DNA from: an uncultured Caulobacterales bacterium
GTDB lineage: Bacteria; Pseudomonadota; Alphaproteobacteria; Caulobacterales; Maricaulaceae
Assembly: GCA_937927825.1 (NCBI GenBank)
Contig: CALFWV010000042.1
Span: forward strand, 9,980 to 73,979
DNA length: 64,000 nt
Direction of reading: 5' to 3'
The notes beneath the pieces are model-generated. The model saw only the letters and a program-made list of their open reading frames with translations, was not told the origin of the DNA and made no database searches. Shown piece after piece: positions 9,625 through 18,752 of this stretch; the first letter of the stretch is position 1; each line of letters opens with the position of its first letter. The position numbers and the translations under genes were made by a program.

Positions 9625-11538
9625 CTAGACTAAAAATAATACGGCGCGCTCATCGGCGCGCTCCCGCAAGGCGCTCCCCAACATATCATTTAATTCGTCA
9701 GTGAAACGATCCGATGCCGCCTCTGCCCAAGCAGTTTGGACCGCCTTTATAAGGTCCGGGCGTTGCTTGTTGACGGCCGAACGCACCCGCCCATCGGTTA
9801 GAATTTGGCGCGCAAGAACCGGAACTTTAGCACTTCGCATTTTCCCGGACAAAGCCTTGCGTCCATATATATATGTCCCGCCCGCCAATGCTCCGCCAAC
9901 GACAATTCCCAATGGGTTGAGAAAGAGCGGCGCAAATAAATTCGCATGCGCCAGAAGGGAACCGATGAGAATGGCAGATAATGTCGTCCCAACAAGGGCC
10001 GTGTCCGACTCCATCGACCCCACATGCGGCATGGCCAGAGACAAGCCTTCCAAATGACGCGAGACATGTTGCGAATCCGTCAGAGACAGGACCATGGCAG
10101 GCAATCCATGATCTCTGCACAGCGGGTCTGTCACGGTTTCAATATCGCGCTGCAACCCCGCAAACCAGACATCAATGACCGGACGCAAAGCCGCCTGTGC
10201 GGCATCGGAGGCGAGCCACGTCGCGACGCGCTTATTGAGTTCAGCCTCAACATCGTCCAAGCTTTTAATCTGACCGTTACGCCAATCCCGGAAGGTTGGC
10301 AAAATACAGGCCTCGGTGATTGCGTCGACCAGGACCGGAGCCAAGGTTCGGCCCAAATCATTGGCAGATTTCTCCGCTTTGACAGAAATGTCTCCGCCGG
10401 GCCGCGTGTGTTTATCCACTTCGGACTTAAAACTCGCATGAAGATATTCAAATCGCCCAAGCCAAGATAGGCCGCGTGCGATTGCAAACTCAGGTTCGGC
10501 CCCGCGAACAACGCGGGCTTTTGGAAAGGCCGATTTCGTGGCCGGCAGAACCAGCGGTAGACGCGACGCGCCGCCGGTCAGTAAGACCGTATCCGGAAAC
10601 GTCCCCTCTTTGTCGCCGCCAAGGTTTTCAACGGTTTCTTTCAACGCATAGTCAAACGCCGTGCGCCAACTATAGCCGTGCAATGCGGCCAGAGGTTTAT
10701 CCAATATGGCCTCTGCATCCGCCTTATCTATCCGGATATCAAAGACGACACCCCTGCCGATGGGCAGACGTTTCAACAATTCAACCGGAACGTCTTCCCC
10801 CGTGAAATACGCCTCCTTCGCTTCCCGGCACCAATATTCCATGATGGGACGGTAATGCGGATATTTTTCAATTAGCGCTTCGATTTTTTTGCGGTCTTTT
10901 TGGCGCGCGAGATTCAACTCAAAAATCTCAGTATCGAGAAGGCCCGACCCCAAAATATTATGTCCGACGTCCTGCGCGTCCAAATCCCGGCAATAGGTAA
11001 AGTCGGTCGTCGAAGACCCGATATCCACGATTAAAACAGACGCCCGCGTGTCTTCAATTGAGAGATAGCCTTGCTCCAAAGCCGTCATCAATGCCGCCCG
11101 GGATTCCGGAACAATCCGAACCGTTTTTAAACCCGATGTATGAAAAACATCTCGGTAGGCTTCACGGTCCTCCGCACTCCACCCGCTCGGGCAACCGACA
11201 ATAAACTGACTATCTTTCGGGCCCAAAATCGTGCCATCCTGTGTCAATCCGTCAATCAAAGCTTGGGTAAACATGAAGGTCGGCACCCTGACCGAGTCCA
11301 AATCCAGCTCTCTGGACTTGAATTTTACCGCCACATTCGCTTGGGGGCCTAAGGCGGCCAAATTCAGCGCATCCACACCAATTTTCACGCCGGACTTATC
11401 CGTTGCGACCGCTGTGACAAAACTCCGCCGTCCCCGCCACTCCAGTATTTCGGGTTCGCGCACAGTTGCCCCAAAAGCCCGGCCCAAAGCTGTTTCGCCG
11501 TGGCCGAGATCAAACCCAATAAATTCCAGATGTTTCAT
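9625..11538 (-). CDS. Atypical Hsp70/actin-fold ATPase with C-terminal helical and hydrophobic region
   Basis: GFDLGHGET (phosphate 1), VGCPSGW, VPESRAAL, IVDIGSSTTDFT (phosphate 2), LGSGLLD, VLLTGGASRLP, EPEFAIARGL match Hsp70 NBD motifs. The ATG at 11538 overlaps the upstream TGA (ATGA); the ORF track start is 11550. Confidence 0.88.
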   Translation of the reverse strand: MKHLEFIGFDLGHGETALGRAFGATVREPEILEWRGRRSFVTAVATDKSGVKIGVDALNLAALGPQANVAVKFKSRELDLDSVRVPTFMFTQALIDGLTQDGTILGPKDSQFIVGCPSGWSAEDREAYRDVFHTSGLKTVRIVPESRAALMTALEQGYLSIEDTRASVLIVDIGSSTTDFTYCRDLDAQDVGHNILGSGLLDTEIFELNLARQKDRKKIEALIEKYPHYRPIMEYWCREAKEAYFTGEDVPVELLKRLPIGRGVVFDIRIDKADAEAILDKPLAALHGYSWRTAFDYALKETVENLGGDKEGTFPDTVLLTGGASRLPLVLPATKSAFPKARVVRGAEPEFAIARGLSWLGRFEYLHASFKSEVDKHTRPGGDISVKAEKSANDLGRTLAPVLVDAITEACILPTFRDWRNGQIKSLDDVEAELNKRVATWLASDAAQAALRPVIDVWFAGLQRDIETVTDPLCRDHGLPAMVLSLTDSQHVSRHLEGLSLAMPHVGSMESDTALVGTTLSAILIGSLLAHANLFAPLFLNPLGIVVGGALAGGTYIYGRKALSGKMRSAKVPVLARQILTDGRVRSAVNKQRPDLIKAVQTAWAEAASDRFTDELNDMLGSALRERADERAVLFLV

Positions 11539-12476
11539 GATCGCACCCAAACAGTCCCGCGGCGCAAGAGGCTTCCGTCTTCGCGCAATAGGGCCGGAGC
11601 CGCCATTTCGATTTTCGGCCCCTCCCCCATGCCGGGTAACTCATCAAAATAATCCGAGGTTTTTTTGGAATATGTAACGACCGACACGCCGCCAGAGCGC
11701 AACAAGCTCGGCAGCTCTTTTTCAATCAATTCCAGCGCAAAATCACTGTCGCCCGCGCTGCCCGCTTCCAACAAGTTCTGCAGCATAGCAGCCAAGCGGG
11801 GCGTATCCGCCCAATGGGTTTGCACCTGCGGTTCGGCCAAGCGCAGTAATATGTGATCAGCCGTTTTCAGGGCGTCTTCGATTTGCCCGATGAGTCCGGG
11901 CGCGTCCAAAGTCAGCCGCGCCTCCGCCTTAAATTGCCGCCCGGTGTGATCTTCCAACGCTGCAGGCGGTTTTGTTCGCGGCAAGAGTGACATGAGCTTT
12001 TTCCAGCGTTTTGGCTCAAGCGTGTGTAACCCGGCCAAAACGGCGGCAGATAAAATGGCAAGCCCTGCGCCTTGTATAAGCCCAACAACAGCCAAAGCTG
12101 CCGCCGCGCCGTAAAATAATGTAGGCCTGCCCAGCACACCTGATACACCGACGGATGGCGTTCCCGTTTCCACATATTTTACGTCTGCGGTAACGGCGCG
12201 GTCTAAAACACCCGCGCCGGATTTGATCACTTCAATCAACCAAAGCCCCGCTTTTTGTAAGGCGGGATCTTCCGTGGTCCGTGCAAAGGCCGCCCCAGTT
12301 CGGTCCAAGACACTGCGTATGGCGCTCACCGTTTGGGCAGAGGAAAGCGCGCCTTCGCCTCTCACGGATAGGGCCTTCTCCAGCGCCGATCGTTCTCGCG
12401 CAAACCCGGGCAAAAGGGACGGGGTCGTCACCTCTGTGCGGGCGAGGTGACCCGGCAATTTCGATAGGCTTTCCAT
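11535..12476 (-). CDS. Membrane protein with C-terminal GrpE-like domain
   Basis: Start MESLSK at 12476; central hydrophobic hairpin LFYGAAAALAVVGLIQGAGLAILSAAVLAGL; C-terminus LLRSGGVSVV...YFDELP...MAAPALLREDGSLLRRGTVWV resembles the GrpE beta-domain. Confidence 0.75.
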   Translation of the reverse strand: MESLSKLPGHLARTEVTTPSLLPGFARERSALEKALSVRGEGALSSAQTVSAIRSVLDRTGAAFARTTEDPALQKAGLWLIEVIKSGAGVLDRAVTADVKYVETGTPSVGVSGVLGRPTLFYGAAAALAVVGLIQGAGLAILSAAVLAGLHTLEPKRWKKLMSLLPRTKPPAALEDHTGRQFKAEARLTLDAPGLIGQIEDALKTADHILLRLAEPQVQTHWADTPRLAAMLQNLLEAGSAGDSDFALELIEKELPSLLRSGGVSVVTYSKKTSDYFDELPGMGEGPKIEMAAPALLREDGSLLRRGTVWVRS

Positions 12477-12615
12477 AAGCTTGGATGTTGGGGGTGGAGG
12501 CGGATGAGTCAAGCCGTGTCGGGCGGTCGCGTTTTCCCGTTCATTTACCGTTGGGTTTTTCGCCAGACACGCATTTGTGCATCGTATTTTCATATTTCAC
12601 GGATTAAATAGCTCT

Positions 12616-14646
12616 ATGTTCCGCATTTCTATTCTCGCCTTATGTTTTTGGCTGACAGCCTGTTTCGCTCATGCGCGGCAAAGCCTGCCCGTAGATACAG
12701 GCAATACAGAAATTATGCTGGTATCAGGACATGACACGGCCCCTCCGGGATCCAAATTCACGGTCGCTCTGCGCTTGGAATTTGAAGGCAACTGGTACAC
12801 TTATTGGCGAAATGCGGGCGATAGCGGGGAGGCGGTCAACATCGTCTGGGATTTACCGGACGGAGTCAGCGCCGGTCCAATTAACTGGCCTGCCCCGAAA
12901 GTTAAAACAGTCGGTCCGATTGTTTCCTATGGTTTGGACGGCGTGACATGGTTACCCGTAGAGATTACGCTGGACGAAACGCTGGACCCCAATCGCCCTA
13001 TCACGTTGAAGGCCCATGTTTATTTTTTAGTTTGCGATACAATTTGTATCCCCGAAGATGGTGCATTGTCGCTGCCCATCGGAATCGGCGCGGTCAAGCG
13101 AAACGAAACCCACGCCGCGCAAATTCAAGCGGCGGAAGCAAAAATTCCAATATCAGGAAATGCGCGCGGCTCTGCAGCTTTAGAGGCCGGAAAAATCGTC
13201 TTCAATATTGTAGATTTACCCAAAGATTTTGAAACGCCCCAACTCTTCCCGCATGCAAACCCCATTATAACACATAGTGACCCGGTCCGCTTTGCACAGG
13301 CCGAGACCGGCGTTCAATTTACCGCCTCGCCAAATTACGGATGGGACAACGGGACACCGGAGAGCTTTGAAGCCACGCTGGTTGCAGCGGACGGACGCGC
13401 CATTGTCGTTCCGATTTCAACAGACATACGCATAGACATTGGGGCTTTGAAACCCACGGGGTCTTCGGCCAATATTGGAATCATCAGTGCGATTTTCGGC
13501 GCGTTCATGGGCGGCCTCATCCTAAATTTGATGCCATGTGTCTTTCCAATTATCTCCCTTAAAGCGCTCTCTCTGGCGAAGACGGCCCATGGAGAGCGAG
13601 GCGCCATTCGCCGAGATGCCTGGGCATACACGGCCGGAGTATTGGTAAGTTTCATCATATTTGCCGTTGTCATTATTAGTTTGATAGCCGCAGGCGGAAC
13701 CGTTGGATGGGGTTTCCAATTGCAATCTCCCTGGTTGGTGGCCTTGCTTTCCCTGCTTCTCTTCGCAATTGGGTTGAATCTGCTAGGCGTTTTTGAGCTA
13801 GGTGGTCGTGTTCAAAATGTCGGCTCAACCCGCCTGGGTGCGGGTGGTCCGACATCCAGTTTTATGACGGGTGTGTTAGCCGTTATCGTTGCAACGCCCT
13901 GCACCGCACCTTTTATGGCGGGTGCAGTGGGCTTTGCATTGGCAAGTTCATCCATCACGACATTACTTGTCTTTTCTGCATTAGGCTTTGGATTTGCCCT
14001 GCCATTTCTGCTCGTCGCATATATTCCGAGGTTGCTAGCGAGCTTACCGAAACCCGGGCCTTGGATGAAAACCTTTCGGCAATTTCTCGCCTTTCCCATG
14101 TTTGCGGCGGCCATTTGGCTGGCTTTAGTTCTGGCCCAACAGGCCGAAGGTGACGGCATGAAAAGACTCCTATATGCCGTACTCGCCTTAAGTTTCGGGA
14201 TTTGGCTCTTGAGTCTGGCCGGACCCTTAAAGAAAATAATTGGCCTCACATCGATAGCCATTGCTGTCGCTTTTCCGGTCACACTCGCGGTCCCTGATGC
14301 CGCAGCCAAGGTCCCGTCTAAACCGTGGTCGGCAGACGCTGTTACCACCGCTCGTGCCGAAAACCGTCCGGTCTTCGTAGATTTTACAGCCGCTTGGTGC
14401 GTGACATGTAAAGTCAATGAAGGGTTGGTTCTCAATCGGAAACGTACCGCGCGGTTATTTGAGCGCACGGACACAGAGTTTCTTATTGCGGATTGGACAA
14501 AGAAGGATGATGTGATTGCAGCAGAGCTAGAGCGTTTTGGCCGGGCCGGCGTTCCGTTATATCTCGTGTATAAACCCGGCGCACAGGACGCGAAAATCTT
14601 ACCGCAAATCCTGACCTATGAGATTTTGAAAGACGCGTTGGAGTAA
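12616..14646 (+). CDS. dsbD: Thiol:disulfide interchange protein DsbD family
   Basis: WYTYWRNAGDSG and VCDTICIP in the N-domain, LNLMPCVFP and ATPCTAPFM in the TM domain, VFVDFTAAWCVTCKVNE thioredoxin domain. Likely start is the ATG at 12616 (ORF track 12577). Confidence 0.93.
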   Translation: MFRISILALCFWLTACFAHARQSLPVDTGNTEIMLVSGHDTAPPGSKFTVALRLEFEGNWYTYWRNAGDSGEAVNIVWDLPDGVSAGPINWPAPKVKTVGPIVSYGLDGVTWLPVEITLDETLDPNRPITLKAHVYFLVCDTICIPEDGALSLPIGIGAVKRNETHAAQIQAAEAKIPISGNARGSAALEAGKIVFNIVDLPKDFETPQLFPHANPIITHSDPVRFAQAETGVQFTASPNYGWDNGTPESFEATLVAADGRAIVVPISTDIRIDIGALKPTGSSANIGIISAIFGAFMGGLILNLMPCVFPIISLKALSLAKTAHGERGAIRRDAWAYTAGVLVSFIIFAVVIISLIAAGGTVGWGFQLQSPWLVALLSLLLFAIGLNLLGVFELGGRVQNVGSTRLGAGGPTSSFMTGVLAVIVATPCTAPFMAGAVGFALASSSITTLLVFSALGFGFALPFLLVAYIPRLLASLPKPGPWMKTFRQFLAFPMFAAAIWLALVLAQQAEGDGMKRLLYAVLALSFGIWLLSLAGPLKKIIGLTSIAIAVAFPVTLAVPDAAAKVPSKPWSADAVTTARAENRPVFVDFTAAWCVTCKVNEGLVLNRKRTARLFERTDTEFLIADWTKKDDVIAAELERFGRAGVPLYLVYKPGAQDAKILPQILTYEILKDALE

Positions 14647-14653
14647 GAAAGGC

Positions 14654-14890
14654 CTATTCAGCGGCCAGTTCAATTTCGATTTCATCTTCTGCTTCATACA
14701 CTAATATATCGGCGGGCTGACAATCGAGCTCCCGGCAAAGCAAATCCAGTGTTGAGAAACGCACCGCCCGCGCTTTACCCGTTTTCAGAATAGATAAATT
14801 GGCCAACGTAATACCAACACGTTCGGCGAGCTCCGTCAGTGACATTTTTCGGTCCAAAAGAACGCGATCGAGATTAACTTTAATAGCCAT
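14654..14890 (-). CDS. XRE/Cro-C1 HTH transcriptional regulator (YozG family)
   Basis: MAIKVNLDRVLLDRKMSLTELAERVGITLANLSILKTGKARAVRFSTLDLLCRELDCQPADIL; coupled to the DUF2975 gene. Confidence 0.93.
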   Translation of the reverse strand: MAIKVNLDRVLLDRKMSLTELAERVGITLANLSILKTGKARAVRFSTLDLLCRELDCQPADILVYEAEDEIEIELAAE

Positions 14891-15420
14891 TAGATTGTCA
14901 GTTCCTGATCGGCCCGAAGGGCTGCGCCGTGGCGAAAGGCTTCAGAAATGACAGCAATCACAAAAATAAAAAACCACGTTCCCAGACGAATATCCAAATG
15001 TGACCCATCCACGCTCTGCCCATCGCCGCCAATGGCGAAGGAAGCAATCATCCGAAAAACTTCCGTCACGGCGAAAATAATCCAAATATTTCGAAGCCGC
15101 GCAATATTCTCAGGTAAGAACGGGTCGCCATGGATAACAGCCTTAACCACGCCGCGCAGTAATTTCAGAACGAAAAACCAGCCGACAGCCACAACCGCGC
15201 CCGCTAAACAGCGTCCCATCAAAGTCATAGGTTCAATTTGTGTCGACGCCTCGGCCAGCAGACTATCTCTAAGTCCGCTAGGAACCGCCATTATAATGGC
15301 CATGATTAACAGCAAAGCAAAAGAAACTCCAAACACCCATTGCGCCACCATAAGCAAGGGGGACAGCAGCTTCGCCATTGGCGTATCCGCTTGCATATTG
15401 ATTTGCGCGTCACTCATCAT
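14890..15420 (-). CDS. DUF2975 family membrane protein
   Basis: Four TM segments, GDPFLPENIARLRNI and C-terminal VISEAFRHGAALRADQELTI. Start ATG at 15420 or 15417 (the ORF track start at 15438 is a TTG inside the operator). Confidence 0.9.
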   Translation of the reverse strand: MMSDAQINMQADTPMAKLLSPLLMVAQWVFGVSFALLLIMAIIMAVPSGLRDSLLAEASTQIEPMTLMGRCLAGAVVAVGWFFVLKLLRGVVKAVIHGDPFLPENIARLRNIWIIFAVTEVFRMIASFAIGGDGQSVDGSHLDIRLGTWFFIFVIAVISEAFRHGAALRADQELTI

Positions 15421-15423
15421 AGA

Positions 15424-15442
15424 ATTATTGATAAACAATAAT
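15424..15442. promoter_or_regulatory. Inverted-repeat operator, probably for the YozG-like regulator
   Basis: ATTATTG-ATAAA-CAATAAT, perfect 7-bp arms 3 nt from the DUF2975 start codon. Confidence 0.6.
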
Positions 15443-15493
15443 CTGATACATGCAAGTATTGCGGACAGAGGGATGGCGGACTAAGGCCCCATC

Positions 15494-16153
15494 ATGACGA
15501 TGACATCCACCCCAAAACAGCGACTCTCACCCGGGCAGAAAATTGTGGTAGCCTCACACAATGAAGGCAAAGTGCGTGAAATTCGTGATCTGCTTCATCC
15601 CTTTGGCTTGGAGACCATAAGCGCGGCAGAGTTAAACTTGCCAGAACCCGATGAAACTGAAACCACATTTTCAGGAAATGCGACATTAAAAGCCGTGGCC
15701 GCGGCAAAAGCGTCCGGGATGCCCGCCCTATCTGATGATAGCGGATTGGCGGTTGATGCACTGAACGGCGAACCGGGAATTTATGCGGCGCGCTGGGCGG
15801 AACTGCCGCGGATAGAGAAAGAGACCTATGGCCAACGCCGTGATTTTGACATGGCCATGTGGCATGTGAATGATAAGCTTGGCGACTCAGAAAACCGTCG
15901 CGCCCGATTTATTTGCGCATTATGCCTCGCTTGGCCGAACGGCGAAACTCATGTCTATGAAGGCACGGTTGAGGGGCAGATGATTTGGCCACCCCGCGGC
16001 GATAAAGGGTTTGGATACGACCCAATGTTCCAACAACTGGGCCAAAAACAAACATTCGCGGAAATTGACCCCGCAGCCAAACATGCCGTCAGTCACCGGG
16101 CTGACGCCTTTGCGAAGTTCTTAGCGGATCAGTTCCCCAACCACCGTGGATAA
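15494..16153 (+). CDS. rdgB: dITP/XTP pyrophosphatase (non-canonical purine NTP pyrophosphatase)
   Basis: [65 protein letters not shown]. Confidence 0.97.
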   Translation: MTMTSTPKQRLSPGQKIVVASHNEGKVREIRDLLHPFGLETISAAELNLPEPDETETTFSGNATLKAVAAAKASGMPALSDDSGLAVDALNGEPGIYAARWAELPRIEKETYGQRRDFDMAMWHVNDKLGDSENRRARFICALCLAWPNGETHVYEGTVEGQMIWPPRGDKGFGYDPMFQQLGQKQTFAEIDPAAKHAVSHRADAFAKFLADQFPNHRG

Positions 16154-17276
16154 ACTCGCGGTCTATATTCACTGGCCTTATTGCGCGCGCATCTGTCCCT
16201 ATTGTGACTTCAATGTTTATAAACGCCGAGAGGACAATCTCCTCCTGCCCGCGATATTAGCCGACCTTGCTCATTGGCGAGAGCTGTCGGGGCCGCGCGA
16301 GGTGTCGTCTATACATTTCGGCGGCGGGACGCCGTCTTTAATGACTCCCGCTCAAGTTGGCGCCGTGATTCAAACCGTGAGCGCACTCTGGGGGACCTCG
16401 GGGATTGAAATTGCGTTGGAAGCAAACCCCCACGAAATAAACGCGGAAGATTGGCGCGGATACCGAGCCGCGGGGTTAAACCGTCTGTCATTGGGCGTGC
16501 AAAGTTTCCACGATGCGGCGCTTCGGTTTCTGGGCCGGAACCATGATGGTGATACGGCTCGCGCTGCCCTCGACCTTGCGATCGGGATCTTCCCCAGTGT
16601 CTCTGCCGATTTAATTTTCGGATGGGCAGGACAGACCGAAACGAATTTATCCCATGATTTGTCAATTCTGATTGCAGCCGGCGCGCCGCATATTTCGACC
16701 TATCAATTGACCATTGAAGACGGAACAGCCTTTGCCAAGGCGGAAACACGCGGACAAACGCGGACTGTCAGTTCCGATCTCTCCGCCGATTTATATGACC
16801 AAGTTCGACGGACGTTAATGACGTCCGGGTTCGATCATTATGAAGTGTCTAACTTTGCAAAACCCAAACACAGGTCTCGTCATAATCTCGCCTATTGGCA
16901 AGGGTTGGATTATGTGGGCGTCGGTCCAGGTGCCCACGGACGCATAACTTTAAACAACACACGCCATGCGACCGTCGCGCACTTAACCCCCGGCGCCTAT
17001 ACACGCGCAGTTAAAACGACTGGCACTGGAATTGCGAGCCGAGAGAGACTGACGCCATCCGACGCCGCTACAGAATATTTGCTAATGGGCCTGCGAATTG
17101 ATGAGGGAATATCCCTCACCCGATATACGGAATTGGCGGAGGGCCCTCTCAACGCCGCTGAACTTGAGCCTCTCATTAACGATGGATTGCTCCTGAAACA
17201 GGGAGAACGCTTAAGCGCCACTGCGCAGGGGCGATTGGTTCTGAATGCCGTCACGGAGCGATTACTATTGACCTAA
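16146..17276 (+). CDS. hemW: Radical SAM heme chaperone HemW
   Basis: [52 protein letters not shown]; overlaps the rdgB stop. Confidence 0.95.
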   Translation: MDKLAVYIHWPYCARICPYCDFNVYKRREDNLLLPAILADLAHWRELSGPREVSSIHFGGGTPSLMTPAQVGAVIQTVSALWGTSGIEIALEANPHEINAEDWRGYRAAGLNRLSLGVQSFHDAALRFLGRNHDGDTARAALDLAIGIFPSVSADLIFGWAGQTETNLSHDLSILIAAGAPHISTYQLTIEDGTAFAKAETRGQTRTVSSDLSADLYDQVRRTLMTSGFDHYEVSNFAKPKHRSRHNLAYWQGLDYVGVGPGAHGRITLNNTRHATVAHLTPGAYTRAVKTTGTGIASRERLTPSDAATEYLLMGLRIDEGISLTRYTELAEGPLNAAELEPLINDGLLLKQGERLSATAQGRLVLNAVTERLLLT

Positions 17277-17279
17277 AAC

Positions 17280-17311
17280 AAAAAAGGCCCCCTGAGTTTC
17301 AGGAGGCCTTT
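17280..17311. terminator. Bidirectional intrinsic terminator between hemW and the outer-membrane protein gene
   Basis: AAAAAAGGCCCCCTGA-GTT-TCAGGAGGCCTTT between convergent genes. Confidence 0.8.
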
Positions 17312-17331
17312 CAAATCGAGTTTGCGAAGAT

Positions 17332-17949
17332 TTAGAACTTTACGGTTCCGCCAATGCTCGCCGCGACATAGCCCGCTTCAACCAAATCTCTTGTATTATA
17401 GCCGGTGATGTCTGCCCGCAGACCAACATTATCCGTAAAATAATAGGTTCCGCCTACGCCGGCGACGAAACCGTCAGAGGTGAGCTCTTCGTTAAACGCC
17501 AGCTGACCTCCAGTGTTAGGATTGAAAACCTGTCCACCGACTTCCACCTTGCTGGAGTGATACCCCGCGCGGATAAAGACATCGAAGTTTTCGCCGGGTT
17601 TGCGGAGAATGCCAAAAACGGAAGTTTGAGAGGCAACGCCGAGCGAAAGGCCGTCTTCTTCAATCTCAGAGAGACCTTGTCCCAGTTCTACTTCAGCGCC
17701 AAAATACTTATATTTTACCCCTGCACGGAAATACGCTGCAAATGTTGAGTCGCTCACAACGGTTGTTCGGCCATCTGAATCCGAGAACTGAGCCGTTGCG
17801 ACGTTCGCGTCAGCATAGACATGCCACTCTTTTGGTTTTTTAGGCGTAACGACTTCTTCATCCATAATGACGTCGTCCTGTGCAAATGCATACATTGGCG
17901 CAGAGATAAAGCTGCACACTGCAGCACTGGCAATGAGTAGGTTTTTCAT
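17332..17949 (-). CDS. Outer membrane beta-barrel protein (OmpA-like 8-strand porin family)
   Basis: Signal peptide ...APMYAFA; alternating strands, VAGVGGTYYFTDNVGLRADITGY; C-terminal ...GGTVKF ending in aromatic Phe. Confidence 0.88.
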   Translation of the reverse strand: MKNLLIASAAVCSFISAPMYAFAQDDVIMDEEVVTPKKPKEWHVYADANVATAQFSDSDGRTTVVSDSTFAAYFRAGVKYKYFGAEVELGQGLSEIEEDGLSLGVASQTSVFGILRKPGENFDVFIRAGYHSSKVEVGGQVFNPNTGGQLAFNEELTSDGFVAGVGGTYYFTDNVGLRADITGYNTRDLVEAGYVAASIGGTVKF

Positions 17950-18114
17950 GTTTCCCCCTTGAAATAAGAGAGGGGTGATAAAGGAGAAAATACAAAAAAA
18001 AAGAGTAAATTTTTGAAAAACGGGTATTTTTCAAAATACAGTTTAAACTACTGCTTAGACCACAAAAAAGCCGAGCACATTGGCCCGGCAAATTTTTCGC
18101 AATTTTAACGCAGG

Positions 18115-18660
18115 TTAATTGTTCTTGGGCGCAAGAACCATCGTCATCAGACGACCTTCTGTTTTGGGTTCAAACTCGACTTTGCAATCCTCAGCAAAAT
18201 CTTCTTTGACGCGGGCCAATAAATCCATGCCGCGGTCCATATGCGCCATTTCACGGCCTCGAAAACGGACAGTAACTTTGACTTTATCGCCACGATCAAA
18301 AAATTTCCGCATCGCTTTGGTTTTCACCCCATAGTCATGCACGTCGATATTCGGACGCATTTTGATTTCTTTCAGCGCCTGTGTGCGCTGGTTCTTACGA
18401 TTTGCGGCCTTTTTCTTTTGGTTTTCAAAGCGCATCTTACCGTAATCCAACACTTTACAAACAGGTGTTAGGCCAGGGGCGACTTCGACGAGATCAAGTC
18501 CGGCGTCACGGGCGGCGGCTAAAGCTTCGCTGAGAGGGACAGTCCCTCGTTTTTCACCATCGGCCAAGATGAGCAGGACATTATCGGCGGTAATGTCGCG
18601 GTTAATGCGCGGGCCTTTGGGTTTTTTGGCGGGTTGGGCCGAGAGGGGTCTTCTAGCGAT
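18115..18660 (-). CDS. infC: Translation initiation factor IF-3, non-AUG (ATC) start
   Basis: [59 protein letters not shown]-7nt-ATC at 18660 opens (M)ARRPL. Confidence 0.96.
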   Translation of the reverse strand: MARRPLSAQPAKKPKGPRINRDITADNVLLILADGEKRGTVPLSEALAAARDAGLDLVEVAPGLTPVCKVLDYGKMRFENQKKKAANRKNQRTQALKEIKMRPNIDVHDYGVKTKAMRKFFDRGDKVKVTVRFRGREMAHMDRGMDLLARVKEDFAEDCKVEFEPKTEGRLMTMVLAPKNN

Positions 18661-18752
18661 TGGGGTTCTCCTGAGGTTATGACAATCGAGTGGTGTTAAG
18701 CCGCGATATGGCGGTTTTATGCCGCATTTACAAGGGAAACCGCCCAAAAACC

